38,175 nucleotides of DNA from Aulosira sp. ZfuVER01 (GTDB lineage Bacteria; Cyanobacteriota; Cyanobacteriia; Cyanobacteriales; Nostocaceae), in contig JAVRCV020000077.1 of the NCBI GenBank assembly GCA_034530615.2, forward strand, positions 1 through 38,175, written 5' to 3'. A model generated the notes under the pieces. That model had not been told where the DNA came from and did no database searches. It worked only from the letters and a program-made list of their open reading frames with translations. Positions 1-7,465 of the stretch are shown one piece after another; positions within the stretch are counted from its first letter, which is position 1, and every line of letters starts with the position of its first letter. Both the position numbers and the translations under genes were made by a program.

Positions 1-150
1 TACGAATCCCAAGGAAAATACAGCCAAGCCGAACCTTTGTACATCCAAGCTTTGGATATTTTAGAGCGACAATTAGGAGTGGATCATCCCTATACTGTAA
101 CTGTGCGTGAAAATTTAGCAGCTTTACGCGATTCTCTCACTTCAGAATAG
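1..150 (+). CDS. 3' end of tetratricopeptide-repeat (kinesin-light-chain-like TPR) protein, truncated by the window edge
   Basis: Frame 1 reads YESQGKYSQAEPLYIQALDILERQLGVDHPYTVTVRENLAALRDSLTSE* (TAG 148-150), the typical GKY..AEPLY..AL.I..LG..HP TPR repeat. Confidence 0.9.
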   Translation, partial: YESQGKYSQAEPLYIQALDILERQLGVDHPYTVTVRENLAALRDSLTSE

Positions 151-189
151 TAAAATTCCAGTTCCCAACCTCATCATTCAAGCTTTTAT

Positions 190-420
190 CTCCAAGTTCC
201 GAGTTCCGAACTCGAAGTTTCATGTTCTGAACTCAAAGTTTCGAGTTCCAAACACGAATGTTCTTGTTCCAAACGAGAATGTTCTTGTTCTGAAGTGAAA
301 TGATGGTGTTCTGAAGTAGACTGATGGTGTTGTGAAGGCGATCGCTCTACCTTTTTGCTCGAACTTTCTTGTTCTGAAGTGGAATGATGGTGTTCACAGG
401 GCGATCGCTTTTGTTCAAAG
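190..420. repeat. Degenerate ~21-bp tandem repeats with two HIP1 sites
   Basis: Units such as gttccaaacacgaatgttctt / gttccaaacgagaatgttctt and gttctgaagtgaaatgatggt / gttctgaagtagactgatggt. Confidence 0.75.
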
Positions 421-683
421 TGTCAAATTAAGTGCAAGCGATCGCAGTTGTTTTCTAACTAGTAAAAGTTCTTATGCTAATTATCTTATCAGTATTCTAA
501 GAAGCAGCTAAAATTATCCTCAAATCTGCTCGCCTGGTTTGCAATGAGCTTCTCCACACACTATTAACTCATCAACTTCATTACAAATTAAAACTTGCCG
601 CTTATGATGGTGTGAGTTTTTGGCACCCTGATGTGACACACAATCAATACCAGCGACAAAAGATAATTAGTGGAGTGGCGTTG

Positions 684-1514
684 ATGCGGAGCATCTTGCC
701 ATTAGGCATCGCTTTTTCAGTAACAGCTTGCAGCTTTACACCAGCAAGTATTTCTCCACAATCAAACACCAAACAACTAACAAGTCAACTTCACGCTGTA
801 CAAGTTCTGCAACAAAAGACAACCAGCCAAGATAAACCTCAATTACAGTCACAAGCTAAAGTAGAAAACCTCTCTTTTAGCGTTCCAGATAAATTTCAGG
901 GACAAACTGTGTATCATGTTCAACCTAACAATAACGAGAAAGTTATTGCCTTAAGCATTGATGATGGCCCTTGGCCTAAAACTACATTACAAATGCTCGA
1001 TATTCTCAAGCAAAATAATGTAAAAGCCACATTCTTTTGGGTAGGACAAGCTTTACAAGCCAATCCCACAATTGCGAAACAAGTAGTAGCCCAAGGACAC
1101 GCGATCGGTAATCATACGTGGCATCATTGGTATCGAAAAATGGATGAAGCCACAGCCAAAAGTGAAATTGAGCGTACAAACGAACTTATCTACAAAACTA
1201 CCGGAGTTAAAACTAATTTATTTCGCCCTCCCGGAGGCGTTTTAAATAACGGACTAGCCGCTTACGCTAAAAGCCAAAAAGATGCTGTAATCATGTGGTC
1301 GCAAACTTCCGCCGATACCGATCCTCATGCTAAGTATCAAGTATTTATCAAGAATGTTTTAAGAGATGCGAAACCAGGATCTATTGTATTAATGCATGAC
1401 GGCGGAGGCGATCGCCAAAGAACTGTCCAAGCCTTACCAGAAATCATTAGCAAACTCAAACAGCAAGGCTATCGATTTGTGACAGTCCCCGAACTAATGG
1501 AAATGCAAAAGTAA
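684..1514 (+). CDS. Polysaccharide deacetylase (NodB/CE4 family), probable lipoprotein
   Basis: Motifs LSIDDGP, HTWHH, FRPPGG and LMHD. ATG 684 follows GGAG and gives the signal MRSILPLGIAFSVTAC with a lipobox. The ORF track start at 612 is probably too long. Confidence 0.9.
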   Translation: MRSILPLGIAFSVTACSFTPASISPQSNTKQLTSQLHAVQVLQQKTTSQDKPQLQSQAKVENLSFSVPDKFQGQTVYHVQPNNNEKVIALSIDDGPWPKTTLQMLDILKQNNVKATFFWVGQALQANPTIAKQVVAQGHAIGNHTWHHWYRKMDEATAKSEIERTNELIYKTTGVKTNLFRPPGGVLNNGLAAYAKSQKDAVIMWSQTSADTDPHAKYQVFIKNVLRDAKPGSIVLMHDGGGDRQRTVQALPEIISKLKQQGYRFVTVPELMEMQK

Positions 1515-1519
1515 ATTAT

Positions 1520-1608
1520 TGGGCATGGGGCATAGGGGATAGGGCATTGGTTATTTCCCCTTATCCCCTTTGTCTCCCTTGTCCTTCTTGTCTTCCTCAT
1601 CCCCTCAT
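1520..1608. repeat. STRR-type short tandem repeats (gggcat(g/a)g and ccc(t)tgtct-like)
   Basis: gggcatggggcataggggatagggcattgg followed by tccccttatcccctttgtctcccttgtcc, lying between convergent genes. Confidence 0.75.
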
Positions 1609-1994
1609 TCACTCATAGCTCTAGCACAGGCTTGTGCTTCTTGCCAAATTTTATGCAAGAAGAACTCAGTGCGATCGCTCATTTTTGTAACGAACACACC
1701 AATAGCCTCCTCTGAACCATCAGAAAGCCAAGAACCCCGGAGAGTTACTTCTAGATATTCGGTATCACAGGTAGACAGTGCCATGATTTCACTGTCATTG
1801 CATATTACCTCAGCCTTGAGCTTTTCTACTCCTGGTAAATCAACAGGAAGCAAAAAGGAAGCAGTGCTGGGTTCAACACAAATAGATTGACCGACTCGTA
1901 GTGCCAAAATTACGCGCTGTGCTACCCATTCCTCCAGCGATAGGCTCAGGCACTCTAAGTAAAAGCTCCTTTCGGTATAAGTTAGTTTCAGCAT
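1605..1994 (-). CDS. alr0857-family hypothetical protein
   Basis: Starts MLKLTYTERSFYLECL and contains RVILALRVGQSICVEPSTASFLLP. It lies directly downstream of the HNH gene. Start is set at ATG 1994. Confidence 0.8.
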   Translation of the reverse strand: MLKLTYTERSFYLECLSLSLEEWVAQRVILALRVGQSICVEPSTASFLLPVDLPGVEKLKAEVICNDSEIMALSTCDTEYLEVTLRGSWLSDGSEEAIGVFVTKMSDRTEFFLHKIWQEAQACARAMSE

Positions 1995-2010
1995 TCCTTC
2001 TGCTCTCCTG

Positions 2011-2529
2011 TTATTCCAGGTTTGCTTGCACATTTATCCAGAACTGTTCGGCAAAAGAAATCGCCGGATGGACTGGTGCTTTGGGTTTGGTACGCAGTTG
2101 CATACCAGCTTCAAAAGGGGTGCGATTCCCTTTATAGGAGTTACATCTTTCACAAGCTATGACTACGTTATTCCATGCATGAGGACCGCCTTGCGATCGC
2201 GGAATTACATGATCTAGTGTTAGAGATTTTTTACTACCGCAATATTGGCAACTGTGATGATCTCGCCGCAACACTTCTCGCCGATTCACTGGCGGAACTT
2301 TCCAAGTCCTTTCGCCAGAAGCAATTTTCAAACGAATGTGTTTTGGTACATCAAGTATCAAGCTAGGGGAATGGATTTTCCATCCAACTTCTGTAGACAA
2401 ACCTAATGGTTCAGCTTTGTTTGTTACTAACAGTACAATTGCTCGCTTGATATTGACCCGACACAGTGGCAAGTAATTTTGAGAAAATACCACTACGGAT
2501 TGCTCTAACACTTGCATTGCGATCGTCAC
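2011..2529 (-). CDS. HNH endonuclease (McrA-like)
   Basis: Motif RRDHHSCQYCG...LTLDHVIPRSQGG..WNNVVIACERCN..KGNRTP. AAGGAG precedes GTG 2529; ATG 2517 is an alternative start. Confidence 0.93.
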   Translation of the reverse strand: MTIAMQVLEQSVVVFSQNYLPLCRVNIKRAIVLLVTNKAEPLGLSTEVGWKIHSPSLILDVPKHIRLKIASGERTWKVPPVNRREVLRRDHHSCQYCGSKKSLTLDHVIPRSQGGPHAWNNVVIACERCNSYKGNRTPFEAGMQLRTKPKAPVHPAISFAEQFWINVQANLE

Positions 2530-2545
2530 AGCTTGACTCCTTATT

Positions 2546-2582
2546 AAAAAACCCCCGCTTCTTTTTTAGCTGAAGCGGGGGT
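2546..2582 (-). terminator. Intrinsic terminator inside the 5' leader of the HNH operon
   Basis: Minus strand ACCCCCGCTTC-agctaaaaaa-GAAGCGGGGGT-TTTTT is an 11-bp stem with a U-tract, ending just before the HNH RBS. Confidence 0.85.
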
Positions 2583-2674
2583 GGGAAATTGACCTCAAAG
2601 TTTTCTGGTCTATATCGGTACAGTATGACTCTGCCTGTACCTCCCGCTTCTTGCGTCTAGTTGTGGTTTTGCAT

Positions 2675-2707
2675 TCAGCCCAATAATGCTGCGATATCTA
2701 AAATCAT
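2675..2707 (-). other. Putative leader-peptide uORF MILDIAALLG*, followed in frame by MQNHN* (2657-2674)
   Basis: GAGG lies 6 nt before ATG 2707. TGA 2675-2677 is immediately followed by ATG, and TAG is at 2657-2659. Confidence 0.5.
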
Positions 2708-2861
2708 AATTACCCTCTGTGATTTGCCCATGTTTTTGGCCACCATTACCCATAAAAAAATACTCCACTCCCAAAAGTGCTAATTCCCGACTGGCTCGGC
2801 AGTTGGTAGCACATAAAGAAGTAGAGATGGAGTAAATGGATTTCACAGAAAATTTCACCTA

Positions 2862-2908
2862 TTGAACATTCCTTTAAACATACTACACTTGTATTACTAT
2901 CCTGTCCA
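2862..2908. promoter_or_regulatory. Overlapping divergent sigma70-type promoters with a probable TrcR operator ATACTACACTTGTATTAC (2880-2897)
   Basis: Minus strand TGGACA-N17-TAGTAT points toward the HNH operon. Plus strand TTGAAC-N16-TACACT points toward the RHH gene. The repeated (A/G)TA(C/T)TAC half-sites resemble the TrcR motif as I recall it. Confidence 0.65.
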
Positions 2909-2929
2909 TACTTTAAAGGAGAAAAAGTC

Positions 2930-3265
2930 ATGCATACAATCGCTCGCACGCCAACCACCGACATGGAAGTTACCAGCATCCGTCTAGAGAGAGAACTTAA
3001 AGAGAAACTCAAAGATATAGCTGGCAATCAAGGATATCAAGCCTTAATTCGAGATATCCTCTGGAATTATGTGCAGCAAAAATCCGGTGAGTGGAAACCT
3101 CGATTTTCGCGAACTGATATTCGAGCGAGCATAGCGGCCACAGCTCAACAAGAAGAACGTTGTGTACTTACAGGTCAAGTCATTCAACCACAACAACCGA
3201 TGCTTTTAGGACTCACAAGAAATGGCGATATGGTTCCTCTGAGTATCGAGAGTTTGGCTGGATAA
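2930..3265 (+). CDS. trcR: Ribbon-helix-helix transcriptional repressor, probable TrcR (All0854 ortholog; translational-stress regulator)
   Basis: RHH pattern EVTSIRLERELKEKLKDIA...YQALIRDILWNYV and an AGGAG RBS. Its divergent position to HNH/alr0857-family genes matches the Anabaena arrangement as recalled. Confidence 0.72.
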   Translation: MHTIARTPTTDMEVTSIRLERELKEKLKDIAGNQGYQALIRDILWNYVQQKSGEWKPRFSRTDIRASIAATAQQEERCVLTGQVIQPQQPMLLGLTRNGDMVPLSIESLAG

Positions 3266-3278
3266 ATTTATATTCACT

Positions 3279-3322
3279 TGAATGCAGCCCAGTTTTGCTA
3301 AATGGTAATTGGGCTGCATTCA
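3279..3322. terminator. 13-bp perfect inverted repeat downstream of the RHH gene
   Basis: tgaatgcagccca (3279-3291) / tgggctgcattca (3310-3322). Confidence 0.6.
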
Positions 3323-3413
3323 TTATGTAATGCTATTTAGCATATAAACAAATATTATATATATAAAGTAATTTAGACATATAGTCGTTAAATTTCATTG
3401 AAATTCGGCGGGA

Positions 3414-3630
3414 AACTCCATCCTCTTGTGGGTGAACAGGGACAGCCACCCGCGGACTTGGGGGATTGGGCAAGAAGGCAAGAGTCAACAGTCAAAGGTC
3501 AAGCATTTCTTCCCCCTACTTGTCTCTCTTTCCCTCCTTGTCCCCCTTTCCACGTCTTTGTAAAAAACCAACACTTGTCAGATATTCTATTCTCCATTCC
3601 CTAAAAATCCACCCACAAGGAGATGGAGTT
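3414..3630. mobile_element. REPIN/MITE-like element bounded by 21-bp imperfect inverted repeats
   Basis: aactccatcctcttgtgggtg (3414-3434) matches the reverse complement of 3610-3630 (aactccatctccttgtgggtg) at 19/21. STRR-like sequence lies inside. Confidence 0.55.
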
Positions 3631-4304
3631 GTTTATGGGTACTTTTAATTTTGAATTTTGAATTCAAAGCGTTTGCGTAGCGTCTCCGCAGGAAACGCTA
3701 CGTGACAGGTAGATCGTCTCAAAAAGATCGCAATTTACGGCACAGGGGGTTTGACATCACTTGACAGATTCTAACCATCGGCATATTAAATTAATGATTA
3801 TCGACCATAGGAGTTAAGCAACAATACCCATATATACTTGGCTGCTACTATCAAGCAGGTATCTACATTGTTTCTGAAGCTCTGCCTAAATCGGATTTTA
3901 CTTTGAGCAAGACCTAAAAAAGGCTAGCTCACTGAGTAATGGAATTGTGAAAAAAATATGCATTTTTTCTCTATGGCTTTCAGTGTTAACACTGAGAGCA
4001 ATGGCGGAGTTTTTGCCTCAATTCCAGAGAAATTACGGTTTATGTATAGTTACGGACAGGATATTCTAAGTCAAAGTTAGTAAATTAACCTAACCCGATT
4101 GAGTTAGACATTATCTAGCAAGAGCGTTTTAGTATATCTTAGGTATCTTATTACCTGTGTAAAAATTCGTTTAATATACCAAAAACTTAGTCATCTGAAA
4201 TAGAAAGGGGCTATAACAGGTGAGAGAAAGTCTTCATACAAGATTTGCAATTCATCAGGGTGCACCAAACATAGGATGGGTGAACAACTAAGCCAAGAGG
4301 TTGG

Positions 4305-6380
4305 GTGCAAAAAAAAATGGGGTCGTTATCCAAGAGCGTGCCAGGAATGAAAAAGCGTTTATCATCGCCGCCACAGTGCCCAGATGACGTAGATCGACTA
4401 CAATCATACCCAGTCAAGCTGATGCAGCATCCGGAAGAACCAGCCCACCAGTTGTTACAACAGATTAATCAAATCATCGCTAACAAACCAGCGACGGTAT
4501 TGATGCTGCAAGATCTGGCTAAATTGCTGGGAGTGGCTTTTGGAGTAGATTGCTGCTTAGTTACAGTGATGAGCGAGCCATCTACTGAAGCGACTACTGT
4601 TAGTTGGTGTACAGAAGAATATCTAGGTTTACCGCAGTCAGACGAAATCTTCTCGATGGAACAGTTGCTCATGGAACTCCATGTAGTTCAATGTGCGGCT
4701 GAACCATTAAATATTGAGGACATTTCCACAATTCAAAAAAGTCTAGAAATTGGTTGTCAATCTTTGCCACTACCAATAAAAGCTGTTTTGGCAATTCCTA
4801 CCCGCTTTCGGGGTAAAAATAATGGGGTTATTAGTCTGATTAAATTTCAACCCCATAATTGGTCTCAGTCAGAACAACAACTTCTAAAAAGTGTAGAGTC
4901 ATCTTGCGCGATCGCTGTTGCTCAAGTCGCACAATCGCAATTGATTGGGTTGCAACAACAGCATTTGCAAAAAAGCAGCCAACATCAAAGCTTGATCAAG
5001 CAATTAACCATACTGAGTCGGAGCAACTTGGAGTTAAACCAAATGCTCCAATTAGCGCTCACCTCTACGGCGGAATCGCTACAGGCAGATCGGGGTTTGT
5101 TCATTATGTTGAAATATACAGATCCCCTATTTCGGACTCGCTCTAAAAAACAAATTCCCAATGCTAAAGCAACAGTAACTGGACAATGGTCTAAGGATGC
5201 CCCTTCTAGCGCATCCAATATCTTGAAAGATCAGACCTTTGTGGTTTCAGAGTGTGGTTTATGCCAGCGCGTATTCACAGAATCAGGAAAACCAGTAGTT
5301 ATTAATGACTATACAGAACAAAAAGATATTGTCACAGCAGCTCAACTATTTGGCGTAGAGCAGTTCCCGGCAGTGCTGTTAATGCCATTAGAGAGTCAAG
5401 GCAGAGTATTAGGATTTTTAGTTCTACAGCAAGCAGTAGCTCGAACTTGGCAAGCAGCAGAATTAAATCTTGTGGAAATGGTCTGCGCACAAGTTAGTAA
5501 TGCGATTATTCAGTCACAGACATTACGCCAAGTGCAAAATTTAGTAGATGAACGGACAGCTAAACTCCAAAGCAGTCTGGAATTGCAAGCTAAATTGCAC
5601 GAAAGAACAAGGCAATATGTTGAGCAGTTGCGAGAACTCAATGAACTCAAAGATGAATTTTTGAGCAATATGAGCGATCGCTTACGCTACCCACTGACAA
5701 ATATGCTGATGTCAATTCGGAATTTGCGTCTGCCAGGAATAGCACCAGAGCGCCAGAATCGATATTTCGATATCTTAGAGCAGGAATGTACCAAAGAAAT
5801 AAATTTGATTAATGACTTGCTGACACTCCAAAAACTAGAGTCTCAACAAGCAACTCCACAATTTGAAACTATAGATTTAAATACACGAATTCAGGATTTA
5901 GCTGCTTCTTTCGAGCGAAAACTAGCCGAGAAAGGATTAAGCATTACCCTAGATTTACCAGAGGATTCGTTAAGGCTACAAACTGAAGTTGAAAGTTTTG
6001 ACCGCATCCTGCAAGAGTTACTCACTAATGCCTGTAAATACTCAGAGCATGACACCATTGTAGATTTGCAAGCCACTCATCAAGTCAATCAACTGGTCGA
6101 TCAAGTTATTATTAAGGTGACTAATATAGGACGCGGCATCTCTTCTGAAGAAGCGACTTACATCTTTGACAAGTTCCGTCGCGGTAAAGGACGCTGGACT
6201 CCTGGGACTGGTTTGGGTTTGGCTCTAGCCAAGTCCCTTGTACAGCATTTAAATGGGACAATTGCCGTTGAGAGTATGCAAATTTCAGATTCCGATCTGA
6301 GCAAAATTTGTTTTACCCTGACCCTACCCCAGTTTTCTGACGAAAGCAAACTATATTCTGACAGTGACTCAAAAACCTAA
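4305..6380 (+). CDS. Tandem-GAF sensor histidine kinase-like protein with a degenerate H-box; start uncertain
   Basis: Two GAF-like domains (VLAIPTR..GVISL; VLLMPLESQGRVLGFLVLQQ), a coiled coil, DEFLSNMSDRLRYPL, N-box ELLTNACKYS and G2 GTGLGL. Confidence 0.88.
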   Translation: MQKKMGSLSKSVPGMKKRLSSPPQCPDDVDRLQSYPVKLMQHPEEPAHQLLQQINQIIANKPATVLMLQDLAKLLGVAFGVDCCLVTVMSEPSTEATTVSWCTEEYLGLPQSDEIFSMEQLLMELHVVQCAAEPLNIEDISTIQKSLEIGCQSLPLPIKAVLAIPTRFRGKNNGVISLIKFQPHNWSQSEQQLLKSVESSCAIAVAQVAQSQLIGLQQQHLQKSSQHQSLIKQLTILSRSNLELNQMLQLALTSTAESLQADRGLFIMLKYTDPLFRTRSKKQIPNAKATVTGQWSKDAPSSASNILKDQTFVVSECGLCQRVFTESGKPVVINDYTEQKDIVTAAQLFGVEQFPAVLLMPLESQGRVLGFLVLQQAVARTWQAAELNLVEMVCAQVSNAIIQSQTLRQVQNLVDERTAKLQSSLELQAKLHERTRQYVEQLRELNELKDEFLSNMSDRLRYPLTNMLMSIRNLRLPGIAPERQNRYFDILEQECTKEINLINDLLTLQKLESQQATPQFETIDLNTRIQDLAASFERKLAEKGLSITLDLPEDSLRLQTEVESFDRILQELLTNACKYSEHDTIVDLQATHQVNQLVDQVIIKVTNIGRGISSEEATYIFDKFRRGKGRWTPGTGLGLALAKSLVQHLNGTIAVESMQISDSDLSKICFTLTLPQFSDESKLYSDSDSKT

Positions 6381-6957
6381 AACTTCAGCGGACATGGATG
6401 TTAATGCCGCTAGTGACGAAACCAACCTCGAACTAAATTTGGCTGTTGATACAGGTGGTGAGCCACCTGTGGAAATCCAAATTGAGAAAATAGCAGAGCG
6501 ACAACGGCAAATCACCGCTAAAATCCAGATACCTCAACCAGTAGAACAAATCTGGAAAGTGCTGACGGATTATGAAGCCTTAGTTGACTTCATTCCCAAC
6601 CTGGCTAAAAGTAGGCTCTTGGAGCATCCTGACGGTGGTATTCGCTTAGAGCAAGTCGGTTCTCAGCGCCTACTCAACTTTAACTTTTGTGCCCGTGTAG
6701 TACTTGATTTGCAAGAACATTTCCCTAAGGAAATCAAATTCTGCATGGTAGAAGGAGATTTCAAGGGCTTTTCTGGTAGCTGGTGTTTAGAGCCTTATTC
6801 CTTGGGTGAGATTATCGGTACAAATCTCTGCTATACAATCCAAATTTGGCCTAAACTTACTATGCCAGTGACAATCATTGAAAATCGCCTCAGTAAGGAT
6901 CTGCGGTTAAATCTTTTGGCTGTATACCAACGTGTAGGCCAGCTAACTCATCAATGA
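6364..6957 (+). CDS. SRPBCC/polyketide cyclase-dehydrase (START-like) family protein
   Basis: IWKVLTDYEALVDFIPNL...LEQVG...ARVVLDL...MVEGDFKGFSGSW. It overlaps the 3' end of the kinase gene. Confidence 0.88.
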   Translation: MTQKPKTSADMDVNAASDETNLELNLAVDTGGEPPVEIQIEKIAERQRQITAKIQIPQPVEQIWKVLTDYEALVDFIPNLAKSRLLEHPDGGIRLEQVGSQRLLNFNFCARVVLDLQEHFPKEIKFCMVEGDFKGFSGSWCLEPYSLGEIIGTNLCYTIQIWPKLTMPVTIIENRLSKDLRLNLLAVYQRVGQLTHQ

Positions 6958-6970
6958 TTTTAAATTATAA

Positions 6971-7012
6971 GAAACCTATCCTAGATTCATATCAACATTT
7001 AGGACAGGTTTC
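6971..7012. terminator. Inverted repeat between the convergent SRPBCC gene and tRNA-Glu
   Basis: gaaacctatccta / taggacaggtttc. Confidence 0.55.
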
Positions 7013-7071
7013 CTGTTTGAATTGTGTAGACTCATTTGACTTTTATATCAAACTTAGTCTTAATTTTTCAA

Positions 7072-7144
7072 TACCCCCAGGGGAATTCGAATCCCCGTTA
7101 CCTCCGTGAAAGGGAGGTGTCCTAGGCCTCTAGACGATGGGGGC
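7072..7144 (-). tRNA. trnE: tRNA-Glu(UUC)
   Basis: GCCCCCATCGTCTAGAGGCCTAGGACACCTCCCTTTCACGGAGGTAACGGGGATTCGAATTCCCCTGGGGGTA forms a cloverleaf with anticodon TTC. CCA is not encoded. Confidence 0.97.
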
Positions 7145-7165
7145 GTTTGGACTCAGACCTTTTAT

Positions 7166-7194
7166 AAATTAACGGATTTTTCAGTTGATGTCAA
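7166..7194 (-). promoter_or_regulatory. sigma70-type promoter of tRNA-Glu
   Basis: TTGACA-N17-TAATTT about 20 nt upstream of the tRNA. Confidence 0.65.
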
Positions 7195-7465
7195 CAGTCT
7201 CTGCCAAAAAATTTTTTTAGCTAAAAAATTAGTTGTCAAGAGTCAAGAGTCCAAAGTCAAAGGTCAAGCATTTCATCTCCCCCATGCCCAACGCCCAAAC
7301 CTACTGCTTTTTGCCAACCAGATGGAAATACAGTATTATAAGAAACTAAGTATAAAAAAAAGTTTGAATTTAACAAGAGTAAATGGTGTGATGTTGTACC
7401 CTTTAGAGGTAATATTTACTCTTCTTTACAAAAGATTTTGATATTTATCGCTCAAAATCTACAAC

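Noticed and set aside
190..420. Possible CRISPR array
   Set aside because: The units are abutting degenerate 21-mers without unique spacers, and no cas genes are present.
2011..2900. HNH gene with upstream structured RNA as an IscB/OMEGA-like RNA-guided nuclease
   Set aside because: The protein is only about 170 aa with no RuvC or PLMP motifs, and the leader is better explained as a uORF/terminator attenuator.
3398..3648. Small ORFs 3398-3604 and 3466-3648
   Set aside because: They lie within the inverted-repeat/STRR element and are low-complexity translations.
7072..7144. tRNA-Glu as an integration site for a genomic island
   Set aside because: No integrase and no duplicated tRNA 3' end were seen in the window; the flanking genes look like core genome.
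7106..7441. 111-aa ORF on the plus strand
   Set aside because: It overlaps tRNA-Glu antisense, its promoter and STRR repeats, and has no protein-like motif.
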